DNA of 20,000 nt, from assembly GCA_013239625.1 (NCBI GenBank), contig MU053652.1:3162828-3182827 (forward strand), in the 5' to 3' direction. A model generated the notes under the pieces. That model was not told the DNA's origin. It did no database searches and saw only the letters and a program-made list of their open reading frames with translations. Origin of the DNA: Lama guanicoe. Its lineage: Eukaryota. Made by a program: the position numbers and the translations under genes. Shown piece after piece: positions 1 to 10,619 of the stretch (the stretch's first letter is position 1; each line of letters starts with the position of its first letter).

Positions 1-788
1 TCTCTTTTTAAGAGTAATTTTTTAAAATATTCTGGTCCATTTAAAGCAAAATTATATTTTTAGGACTTTATTATTTCACTAAATACATTTTAATTGGAGT
101 TGTCCCTCCAAAAAAAAAAAAAAGGTAGCAGAGCACCTACTGGTATAATTTAGCCATGGCTCCTTATATATCTGGTAGAAGTTTCTGCCCTCGTCTCCTT
201 CTGTCTGCATTTTGAGCTAGATAGTGGGAGGGAAGCTCACTTGATTGCTCATATCTGTCTTTGTAGAAATCACACTGGTGGCTACTAAGCCAGAGAAGTT
301 GGCTCCTTCCAGGCAAGACATTTTCCAAGGTATGATGATTTGATGTGTAGAAGCAGTAGCCTTGTACCCTAGGCATTGTAAATATAATGAAGTCCACTGC
401 TTTTATTCAGTTTGATTATTTCTTGGTACAGGAAATCTTTGTGAGGCTGAATGTTTGTTGTCACAGCCCACCGTTGCTGTGGCTGCCTGCAGTCTGTGGG
501 ACTTGTCAGTCTAAGTGGGAGTGTTTTTACTCTATCTTGGTTAATGGGAATTCATATTCTATGAAATCAAGGATTTAGTTTCTTCCTTTTTTTTTCTTTC
601 GCCTTTAGCAATTCAGTGTACAAATTCTCTTACTTAAAAGATTATTTACTAAAGTTTGGAGACATATTAGTTGGGTGTTTAACTATTAGTAAGGCTATGG
701 AAACTGAAAACATTTTAGACATTCAGAGAAACGTCTTCCTCTGTCTTCTTATCTTTCTTCCTTCTTTCCTTTCCATTTTTCTTAATAG

Positions 789-928
789 AACAACTGGCTG
801 CCATTCCTGAGTTTATGAATCTAGGACCCTTGTTCAAGTCATCCGAGCCTGTCCAACTTACAGAAGCAGAGACAGAATACTTTGTTCGTTGTATCAAGCA
901 CGTGTTTACCAAGCACATTGTGTTCCAG
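789..928 (+). CDS. COPG2: COPG2 internal coding exon (probably exon 19), coatomer subunit gamma-2, appendage region
   Basis: Long polypyrimidine tract (~733-783) then taatag|AA, and donor CAG|gtgaga at 928/929. The 140-nt exon starts in phase 1 and reads (E)[46 protein letters not shown], which I recognise as gamma-COP, gamma-2 type. It is absent from the ORF track. Exon number is recalled, not derived. Confidence 0.96.
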
Positions 929-1501
929 GTGAGATCAGTGCTGTAACAGGCTCCTGGGAGGGGCTTAATACTCATTCCCCTTCAGTTTATGATTCTAGTT
1001 CCTTTTATAGAGAAGTAACGTGGCAGCATTTCTGGTTTTCTTTCCTAAGTCCATAGCTCTAGAGATGCCTTCGTGTGATGGGTAGCTTTTAATGGTTTAA
1101 ATTTAAAAGAACATAAAATCAAAATGTCTAAAGAAGTTGGACAGCATAAAGTAGAACCTGCTAAAAAAAAAAATCATTCAGTATCAGGGTAAATTAAGTG
1201 CATTGTCCAAGAACTTGGATTTTAATTTGTTTCCCAGACAGCTGTCAGGCCTCTACCCTGTCATTTGGTAGAACTCAGTCTCAGGAAAGAGAAGAAACTA
1301 GTGAATAACATAAAGGAGATCTCAAGAATAAGCTTATGCCTGTTGCCTCAAGAAAACCTTTAGGGGGAGACCTGTCTTGGTGTATAGAGAGGGAAAGTGT
1401 AGTGGGTTCTGGGACTGAGTTGTGGGTTATGGGTGGGAAGGAGCAACTTGCTTGAAAACAGTTCTTATCCTTCATAACTTTTGTGTTTGCTGCCTTTTCA
1501 G
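929..1501 (+). other. COPG2: COPG2 intron between the two exons (573 nt)
   Basis: Canonical GT...AG boundaries that join the two exons in frame. Confidence 0.93.
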
Positions 1502-1673
1502 TTTGACTGTACCAATACTCTCAATGACCAGCTGCTGGAGAAAGTGACAGTGCAGGTGGAACCATCAGACTCCTGTGAAGTGCTGTGCTGTATCCCAGCG
1601 CCCAGCCTAACTTATAATCAGCCGGGAATATGTTACACTCTTGTTCGTTTATCTGATGACGACTCTACAGCAG
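1502..1673 (+). CDS. COPG2: COPG2 internal coding exon (probably exon 20)
   Basis: Acceptor tgccttttcag|TTT and donor GCAG|gtactg. The 172-nt exon is in frame with the previous one (phase 0) and reads [57 protein letters not shown], matching COPG2. It lies inside ORF 1481..1753. Confidence 0.96.
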
Positions 1674-2437
1674 GTACTGATACCCAGAATGAAAGACATA
1701 TGATTGTGGGTACATTACCACTTGAGCTCGTAAATGTCTGGACAAGTATTTGAGGTTCAAGAATTTGTTTTCCAGAATTAAATGTAATGATAATGATGGT
1801 ATATTTATATTTATAAAATTAATTACTGCTATAGATATACTAATTTTATAACTAATTCTCTGAGTAAAATATGCTGGACATTTAATCTTAAAAGAGAAAC
1901 TGAATGTATACAGTGGTAGCCCAAAAAGGAATTCAGACTTTCTGTTGAAACAGTGTGACCACTGGTTCATGTAGCTGATGTCTCCTTGAAGGATCATGGC
2001 CTCCTTCTCCCTGATGTTTCTTTCCAGGGCATCTTGGGGATTTTTTACTTAGTAGATCCATGGCATCTGAAAATGTATTTTTTTTAAGGGTCCTGTAGCC
2101 CAAGGCTGGCGTCTTAGTATGTCTCAGCCCAGTAAGTGGCTTAGCCAACAACTGGGTGTCCACATTTGAGAAAGGCTTTGTAATTCTCTACTTGACCTGT
2201 ATGCACTGTATGCAGTCTTAGGGGTGGGGGATGGGGGTCAGGGGAGGCCTGTGAAGGAGAACCAACTGCTAGTGCCAACAGTATTTACAAATTTGGGGAT
2301 TTGAGACCTTCTGACATATCTCTTCTGAATGTCAAGTATTTGTTGTACTTGCTTTCCTCCTTTTCCTTTGTGAGTTCTTTTCTTCCCAGATTCACTGCAG
2401 AATATTCACAACTGCTAACCAGTTTACTCAGAAATAA

Positions 2438-2610
2438 GCACACACATCACACTTAACATTTTAAACAATTTTTATTACTAGTACAGGAAAAACAATTTTT
2501 ACTGTTAATACAGGAAAAAAACAAAGTAACAAATAGTGGGGAAGTTACAGAGTTACAAGAAATCATAAAAGTACTAGTCAATAGTTGTCCCTGGTCATCA
2601 CTGAGTTACA
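2438..2610 (-). terminator. Antisense (minus-strand) cleavage/polyadenylation site
   Basis: Minus-strand AATAAA (+ TTTATT 2471-2476) and variant AGTAAA (+ TTTACT 2498-2503). Five upstream TGTA motifs (+ TACA at 2482, 2509, 2546, 2554, 2607). GU-rich downstream element GTGTGATGTGTGTGC (2452-2438) about 19 nt after the hexamer. Confidence 0.6.
2464..2517. repeat. 27-bp imperfect tandem duplication carrying the poly(A) hexamers
   Basis: aacaatttttattactagtacaggaaa (2464-2490) followed directly by aacaatttttactgttaatacaggaaa (2491-2517). Confidence 0.8.
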
Positions 2611-4147
2611 TTTGGGGCTTAACCTGTCTTCTCTTAGCCCCTCTCCCAACCCCCTTTTTAGCTGTTGGTTCTGGGAGCCCCTGTCCAGTCTCATCTGTGT
2701 TGGATGATAGACCAGGCTACTCACTCTAGCACGAGGTAGATTCAAGTTGGCACCATTGCTGGGTCTGAATCCCAGGTTGTTCCCTCTGGCCCTGGGTGGA
2801 CCTGCACTTGCAGCCACCCTGGATCCATAACCCCCTGGGTAGGAAGGCACTTTTCTATCTGGCCTCCAGTATTTCTCCTTCAAGCATTAGGCATCCAACT
2901 TTAACCTTTAATTACCTCCTTTATCCCTTTATGAGGTTTCTCTAGTTCCGTTCCCTTTTAGCTACACTTTCTTTCCTGGTCTGTTTTCCTCTGGTTAGAC
3001 TCATTTAAAATATGTCCACCAGCCAGTAATTAAGCTGGCTGTACTCTTTAGTAAAGCTAGTTTTATTTAGCCTTGTTCTAAACCAGTATCTGGGCCCAGT
3101 CTTAATGTAGCCCTGTGGCTTCTGCCATCATCCTGGGCGATTCCACATTTTTTTAGTTTTTTCCAGTAGCCACCCACCTCTCCTTATTTCACAATTCTTC
3201 CCCCATTGTACTTCTTACTAAGTTTCTTTTTCTTAAGGGATGCCATTCCTTTGCCACTTAATTTCAGAGGGAAGCAAAATGCTGAACTCATTGAAGAATC
3301 AAGCTTTTCCCAATTGAGAATACTAGCTCCTCCCATTTCCCCAGGTTCACTTGGATAACTGATAACTCAGGTGCCTCACATCCCAAGGAGTGGTCCTAAC
3401 AGAATACAATAAATACAGTTTTACAATATCAAAATACGTAAAACAACAATATTGAAATTACAGAAGTTACATATAGTACAGGAGAAAACAACAACAACAG
3501 AAAACATTTCTACCAAGACAAAATATAGGGGCGGTTTCTTAGACCTCCTTACTAAGGAGTTAATTTCTTTTTAAAATATAGATCTTACAAATTAGCCCAG
3601 AGGTTTCAACTTTTGGTCTGCTGGCTATGGGCGCTTTTGCTTGATGGTTGTTAGTATTTTGTTTGTAAAAATTTGACATTTGGAGAATTTTCTTTCTTTT
3701 CTGTTAAATTTAAAGGATTTGCTGATTGGTGTTAAAACTTAGTTGTAAATTTGTCTTTGTATCTTGGAGAGAAGAAATGGAATTCTGTCTCAACATTTGG
3801 ACTTTTAAAACTTTGTTAGTAGTCAATTTATATTTGACCCATCACGTGCCTGCTTTAAAAAAAAAATCCTTTCTATTCTTTAGTCTTTGTTAGAAACTAA
3901 AATTTTTCATCCATGGCCAATCCAAAGTCTTTGCTGTACAGTGAACAGAAGTGAAACACCAGGGTCTAGGTGGTACTAAGAGTCTTTTACCCATTCCTTC
4001 TTTTCTGCATTTTCCCACTGTAGATATGTTGAATTTCACCAATCACCTGAAGATATATACATCACCGCTACTCGTCTTATCTCAGAAAATATATTTTCCA
4101 TATAATTACAGAAAAAAAAATTCTGGAGACTGTGATTTCCTTCAACT

Positions 4148-4350
4148 GTATAGAATAGAAAGGAGTCTAGGTTTTGAAGATAGATTGGGATTTGAATTCT
4201 GACTCTGCTACACACTGACTGTAATCTTGGACAAATTATTTGATCTCTGTAGGCCTTTTAGGATTGTCAGAGGGATAAAATGAAATTAAGTAAAGTGATT
4301 AGTGTGGTGCCAGATACATAGTAAATACTTAATAGATAGAAGCTATTATT
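4148..4350 (+). mobile_element. MIR-family SINE, degenerate
   Basis: MIR-like segments: ggatttgaattctgactctgctac, gtaatcttggacaaattatttgatctctg, ggattgtcagagggataaaatgaa, and a 3' end gtgccagatacatagtaaatacttaatagatagaagctattatt. Confidence 0.8.
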
Positions 4351-4399
4351 GTTTCAGTTCTGAAACTATCCACTCTCTCCCTTTATCTTCTTTAAAATC

Positions 4400-6449
4400 A
4401 AGTCTCTCACAGTTCAAAAGACACACACTGGCCAGTCTCCCCCAGAAAGCTGTTCCAGCAATTGTTCTTATCTTTGCTGTATCTTTAAACTTGCTCACTC
4501 CTCCTACTTTATAAGTGTCAAAAAAATCTACGCCATCTGAAAAAAATCTACTCTAACTCAACATCAAGATATTACCATAACTCTGTCCGTCAAATCTTGG
4601 GCAATTTGTGGAAAGAGTAATCACCTTCATAAGTCTCAATTCAGTTAGTCCTACTTACTCTTTTCTGTCCTCCATAATTACTCTTCACTCAAATTTGTAG
4701 AAAAGCCTTCAAGGCAGCATGCCTTCTTCATGTCCTTTCTCATCCAGCAACTTTCTTTCCTCTGAATATTTATTATACTAGTAATAACATACATATATGC
4801 AACATTCTACAAATTTTTCCCTGCTTTGGACCTCTATAATGACCCTACCTACTTAACTTTTTGTTTTATTATGTCGTATTTCTCATCTTAAAGCATTTCA
4901 ACAAATTTACATAACTCACTTAAAAGGTCTTTAATATCAAATATCCATACTAAGATCAAGTTTAACAGTGATGTATGAGTCTTTTTCTGGTTTTCATTAG
5001 GGAGGCTGCCTCCCATTTAACAATCCATAACTTTCGCATATGCTTCAGTTCTCAACTTTCTGCCTTGAGCTACCACGGGATTCTGACGGACTCCAGACTC
5101 TTCTCTGAATCTGCAGTCTCCATTCTATTATTTGTGGTTCAGTATCAACTGTATTAACTCCTGACATTCTGACATTAAATCCACAGCTTCAATTAAGTAA
5201 CATTTCTGTTTTTTACTTTGACTCACCTCCAACCACTCACTGGGATCCACACTAATGACCCTTGATGAAACTCTGCATTCTTCTTAGCTAAGCACATAAT
5301 CTCAATTTTTACTCAAAGCCTATAAAAGCAGGATAAGTTGAATATAACTGTTCAACCACCGTGTCCCCTATCAATCACTAGAATTTATATCAGTCTAGCC
5401 GTAAAATCAGTTTTCCTCCAATTTGACCGATTATGAGATTGGCCAAGACTTCCAGTTTGAGATCTCATTCACCCTGTTCATTCATTTCATAAGCCGTCTC
5501 CCTTTCCTCAAACACACTGAAATGTCTAACTTTCCCTCTATACTTACTTTCAGTCTGATTTCTATCCTATTTCATGTTTCCGTTTCACACCATCAGCATC
5601 AGTAAATGTAATCTTTATTGCTCCTTTTCTTAAGTGATAGCATCTCTCCAGAATGCAGTGTAAACATGGCATATCCACTCATTTCCTCTTTTTCCCTCTT
5701 GACCTTAGGGAAAAACCCTCTGCTTGGTTCACCCAGGCTTGGTTCACAACCTGAGCTTTTAAATAGATTCAGTATGTGAAAATGTGTGAACTTCCTCCTT
5801 GACTTACTGTTACTATTCCAAACGATACCACTGTAATGCGTGCATCTTCATCTTTGGATGTCAGTGTTACCAATGTCATGAGGTTGCTGCTGGCGCTCTC
5901 CCTTCAGATTTCATTTTATGAATTTACCTCCATATGACCATTTATTCTCCTGAATCTACCCACTCTGACGTAATTATCTGATGGATTTTTTCCGGCAGCC
6001 ACCAATTTGCCTGTGACAATTTCTTTTTATATATTTCTTCCATTTTCCTTTATGCCATTAATTGTGCTCAAGTTTAACACGCAGCACTATGCCTCGTAAC
6101 CATTATAATCCTCCTTAATAATTCCACGGATGATTTGTATCATTATATGTATACTCTCAACTTAATTCCAATTTCATTTTAACCATTTCTTTCCATTTTT
6201 CCTCTGCTCTTTTTCATTGGAAAAACATTAAACATATAAACACTACATCAACATCTGAAGAAGACTATTTTACCAGTGCTAAATACAATGCTTTCAAAGC
6301 TCAGCTGACTGCACCACACCACCTTTACTCTGTACTGGGCTGTGCTACAGCCTCTCCCTCTGTGAACATTCTGCGTCGTGTATCTTCCTAATAAAAGCAT
6401 GCTTGCCCACAGACATAGCAGATAGCACCTATGCTTTCTTATATTCACT
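4400..6449. repeat. Highly decayed, AT-rich edge portion of the same macrosatellite
   Basis: ggatccacactaatgacccttgatgaaactct at 5243 resembles the anchor and lies ~3.95 kb before 9197. ccagactcttctctgaatctgcagtc (~5093) resembles cccagtcctctcctcaacctgcagtc (~8986). catttcctctttttccctcttgaccttagggaaaaaccctct (~5680) resembles catttcttctctttccctccctggtccagggaaagcgccctct (~19674). The left boundary is uncertain. Confidence 0.6.
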
Positions 6450-9096
6450 AGTATGCACCTACTGTCTGATCTCAATACCACATATGCCCCACTCCTGTCC
6501 CTGAGATCTGCTGATGTCCCCAGATTGGGAGCCCTTCAGGCTGCCCTCGCCTTTTCTTTAGAGCCCCCTTTAACTACCCTGAGCCCTTCATACATTCATC
6601 AGGTTCTCCCCCTCTCCCATGATGCCTGTCCCTTTCTCCTCCCTTTGACTCCCCTGGCCCGTCTCAACGCTGGCCTGTCCCCTTCATGGCTGCTCAGGAA
6701 TCCAAGGTCTCTGCACACTGGGTGTGGACTGAGCCTTCCTTGGCCCATCGTCTACCTTTTCTCCCACTCCAGCCTTTGAGAGCCACTCTGCTTTACCTTC
6801 AGCATCTGATCCTACCTCCCCAACCACCTGCCAGTCATGTGACAGATATAGTGGTCTCTTCCTTGATATCTGCTCCCTTCTTGATCTGCCCTCACGCTCC
6901 CCTGTGAGCAGCTTCTTGGTCTGCAGGGTGCTGCATGAATCCATATGCTGTTCCAATTCACCCTTAAGCACACTATCTTTGCAGGTCCCCCATTTTGGAG
7001 ATGGTCATGGCCTCTCTGGGCTTGTCTCTGACCTTTCATCATTTCATCTTGTGTTGCCCTGCACTGACTGGGTTGTCTCCAATGTCTTCCATGAGTCAAT
7101 ACCTCTACCACCTGATCCTCCTCTAGCCTATTCCTACCCCAGCATGTTCCCCACTAGCCTTACTCCCATGCTATCCTCTGCCTCCTACATGGGCTTTGTC
7201 ATGGCCCACTCATGGGACAAAGCTCCTGGATCCTCCACATCCACTCCAACCTTCTGCCTCTTTGTTATCACCCTCTGTGCAGCACATTCCCTCATCTTCT
7301 CAACAAGCATCTCCTGTCCTAGCTGCAAGGTGCCTGCCCTTTCTCTTCTTACTGGACGACCACTTCTCCTCTACTTCCTGCTTCAGAATGCTCACCTGAT
7401 CACCTGCTTCCAGGCACAATTTCATCATCTCTCCTAATTTCGTTCTCTACTGCTTATGTTCCTGATCCGTGTGACATTCCGTGAGTCTTCCAGCTGGACT
7501 CAGTACTTTCCTGTGCTGTGTGCTCCCTTCTTGACCCCCCACCTTCTGCTCAGCCCAACTCCATCGTCCCTGCTTCAGACACACTGCACCGACCCTGCAC
7601 GCTCCGCCCCCAACCTCTGCTCATGAGCCAGGCTGCGCTGTCCTCCCAGGTCCCTGCAGCGTCACTCCTGAAACTTTCACGTTTCCATCCAGACCCCTTG
7701 TTGCACACTCTACTGATGCAGCTCTTGGGGAGCCCCTGCCTCTGATTCTCCTAGCTTTTTCCTTTCACCTTCTCACCCTCTTGCCCCCATGTCTGCCAGC
7801 TGCACTCCTGATGCCATCATACTCAGTCTGGACCCGCACAAAGCCCTGGGCACTGCTGTCCACCCTGCTTCTGCCCTTCTCCTGCCATGCAGTCACCTCT
7901 CTCCCAGAGCCTCTCCTGCACTGTCCCATCCCATCCACCCCTTCCTTTGGTGTGTATGTCCCCTCTGGTACCCTCTGCTCACATACACACAATCTATCTT
8001 CCTTTCAGCCACTACTTCTGTCTCCCTCAGCCTTACTCCACAAAACTCCTCAGCTCCAGGAACACCATGCTTGCAATCCACTCCCTACCGACTGACAGTA
8101 ATCCCAACCCACCACCCGTCATTCCAGGTGCCTTGTCGGCTACATTCATTTGCTCGCTGTCTGCTTGGTCCTGGGTCCTTTTCCTCCACGTCTCCCAGTC
8201 TTGACTCTGATGCCTGCATCTACCCCGACTCGGGCTTATCTGCTTATGTTCCCCTCCCTCCCCCTTCCACCCAGTGATTCTCCCCCAAGGATGCGTGGCC
8301 CCCAAGGCAAGCCTATCAATGTCATCTTTTCATCTTTCTTGTATTTTTGTGGTTTTACTCTGGGTTTTTGTTTTGAGCAAAGTACTGCACCCCAGATGTT
8401 TTGATAGGCCTCCCCTGGGGTGCATGCCTGCAGCTCCCACTCAGGTGAAATCCACACCCTGACCGTATCCCTGGGCAGAATCATCACAGTGTGACCCCCT
8501 GAGATACACTCTCCCCTTGAGCGCCTCTGGCCCCAACAGTTGCTAATGATGCTTTTTCCTAAAAAAAAAAAGAGACCCAAAACCCAGCATTTGCCCCACT
8601 CTGACTGCCCGGCACTGTCCTCTTGGAACCACCACATTCCCTTCAGTATTTACTCAGTGACACCCAACATCCCCCAAACTCCAGTCTGCATCAGAGCACT
8701 TTTCTTCTCAAGTCACCACACCCCAGACACTCCCCTGCCCCTCACCCTTTATGACTCTTAGGCATTATGACAGTACCTTTGGTGCAAACCTGTCGTTCTT
8801 CTTGGCGCTTGCCACTGTCCCTTTCCCTAGGTTACCCCTCCTCATTTCACACCCATGACACCGTCCCCCTTCAGAGCCCTGCCCCTGTCGTCCGCACGTT
8901 CCTCTGTGATTCCTGCTAAGCAGCCTTTCCCTTCCTCCTCTCCTGCAGCTGCTCTCTGTCCTCTCTGGGTGGATTCACTGGTCTTCCCAGTCCTCTCCTC
9001 AACCTGCAGTCATCACCCCAACACTGGACCTGCACTCAGTCCAGAAGCGCAGATAAAGATGCTTTTCTCAGTGTCTGGAGCTGGATCTCCCCCCCC

Positions 9097-9169
9097 NNNN
9101 NNNNNNNNNNNNNNNNNNNNNNNNNNNNNNNNNNNNNNNNNNNNNNNNNNNNNNNNNNNNNNNNNNNNN
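9097..9169. other. Assembly gap (73 N) within the poly-C-rich part of a monomer
   Basis: Run of N flanked by C tracts, at the position homologous to ~11880-11990. Confidence 0.97.
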
Positions 9170-9561
9170 ACCCCCACCTCCCCCCGCATCCCTAGCGGAT
9201 CCGTATTAAAGAGCCTGGCCAAAAAGTTCTACCCTTGCCACAACATTCAATGCTGTTAGCAGCAGCCACTGCTCCCCACCCACTACTAGCCACCCCTTTC
9301 CCACTCCTCCTTCCTCATGCCTCTGCCCGCCCTGGGTAGTCCCGAATCTCAAAAGTTCCTTCTGGTTGGCACTTCTGCCACTACGGCTACACTGCTAATT
9401 TTCTCCTCTCATTCCTTCTCCTCTTGGTCTCCAGCCTGTGTTCCTCCACTGTGCTCCACTCTCCATCCTGTCCTGGAGGCCTCTTATCACCTTCTCTGTG
9501 TCTGGGAGGTGACCTTCCTGTCCTGCTGCATCAAGGCCCCATTAGGACATTCTTTCCCACA

Positions 9562-10593
9562 ACCCTTCCTCATGTGACCCATTTCTTCCCTTTACCAACC
9601 TGGCCCAGGGAAAGCGCCCTCCTCTTCTCTAGGAACCATGATCTCAAAGCTCCCCAGTGCCCGTCATGGAGTAGAACGGGGTCATCCCTTCTCTGTCGGG
9701 GTGCTCCCTCCTTGGACCTGATCGCACACTCACACTCTTCCCTCCCCTGCCCTGCCACATCCTTTCCAGAACCATCTGCTGTCTCCTGTCAGGTTCTTCC
9801 ACTGGCTCAGGCCACTACCTCCCCTTTATCCTCAGGCTTCCTTATTCTCATCCTCACCTCATCTCACCCTCCTCCTCTTCTCTCTTCCCTTGTAATCAAG
9901 CCACTGCGCACAATTCTTTACACCAAGCGAGTGCTTCCTCCTCCTCTTCCTTTTCCTGGCCTCCACTGCTTCCAGCTCTCCTCCTTTGGGCCCGGGACGC
10001 ACCCCTGCCCATCAGCCTTGCGCTCCCACTCCCCGATGACATCCAGACCCCCCTTGGCCCTCCTTCTCTCTAGGCCACCATCCCCTCATGCACGGATTTT
10101 AAGACCCCACTCTCACGCTCCGTCCCATTCTGCCTTGCCCCCTCTGCTGTTCCCTGGATCCAGCCTCCCAAACAAGAGCCCCTGCTGCTCAAGCCCTCAC
10201 CGTCCTGCCCTCGGCTCGCTCCCTCTGTGCTGCCCCCATTACCTTCTCAGACGAGACCCCTGGCACCCCACTGGCTTCGGAGGTCCCCCTCCTCCCTCCT
10301 TCCCTGTGTGCAGCCCCCACCACATGCTGGACCTGCACCCTTCCCAACACCCCTGGAAGAGCAAAAGCTCAGTCAGTGATGGTTGGGCAATGTCAGCTCA
10401 GCCTGCTCCTCCCCCACTCCGCTGCCATTTGACGCACGTTTGCTGCCTGCACTCTGCACTGCAGCCACAGGAGCCCAGCCCAGATCCCTGAGGTTACCTG
10501 CCAGTGGCTTCTCTGTAGGGTCCGGCTTAATGTGCGGTGACACCCAGGTTCCTCAGTTTTAGCGCAGCCATTGGGTTTCCTTTCCCAGGTCTC
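9562..10593 (+). repeat. Near-identical duplicate of 12359-13390 (offset 2797)
   Basis: Direct comparison shows only isolated mismatches. The ORF track gives near-identical peptides (9570 vs 12367; C-terminal parts of 9424 vs 12050). The match ends exactly at the N gap. Confidence 0.95.
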
Positions 10594-10619
10594 NNNNNNN
10601 NNNNNNNNNNNNNNNNNNN
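10594..10619. other. Assembly gap (26 N), probably a collapsed repeat
   Basis: Run of N. The left flank matches up to 13390 and the right flank matches from 17918. Confidence 0.95.

Noticed and set aside
1674..1753. In-frame read-through of ORF 1481..1753 beyond the exon
   Set aside because: Similarity to COPG2 stops at the GT donor at 1674, so the extension is intronic.
2578..2883. 101-aa minus-strand ORF upstream of the antisense poly(A) site
   Set aside because: It has a non-ATG (TTG) start, no recognisable homology, and a length compatible with chance.
3020..3560. Short inverted repeats cagccag-N8-ctggctg (~3020) and ctcctta-c-taaggag (~3545)
   Set aside because: 7-bp stems are expected by chance in 20 kb and are too short for a pre-miRNA.
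2380..3620. Possible ancient LTR element on the minus strand
   Set aside because: The poly(A)-like end is compatible with an LTR, but I could not identify TG...CA termini, target-site duplications or a family, so it is not called as a feature.
5243..5280. Hammerhead-ribozyme-like look of ctaatgacccttgatgaaac and the anchor ttaaagagcctggccaaaa
   Set aside because: The CUGANGA core is not intact, GAAA is absent from the young copies, and stems I-III cannot be formed.
8870..9016. Possible repeated C/D-box snoRNA on the minus strand (GTGATGA at + tcatcac ~9010, ~11797, ~15021, ~19094), as in other imprinted clusters
   Set aside because: There is no box D (CTGA) at a consistent distance and no conserved terminal stem across monomers. 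A snoscan or Infernal run would be needed to revive it.
9214..9230. Sm-site-like AACUUUUUGG on the minus strand of the anchor
   Set aside because: It deviates from RAU4-6GR, and no flanking snRNA-type hairpins or PSE were evident.
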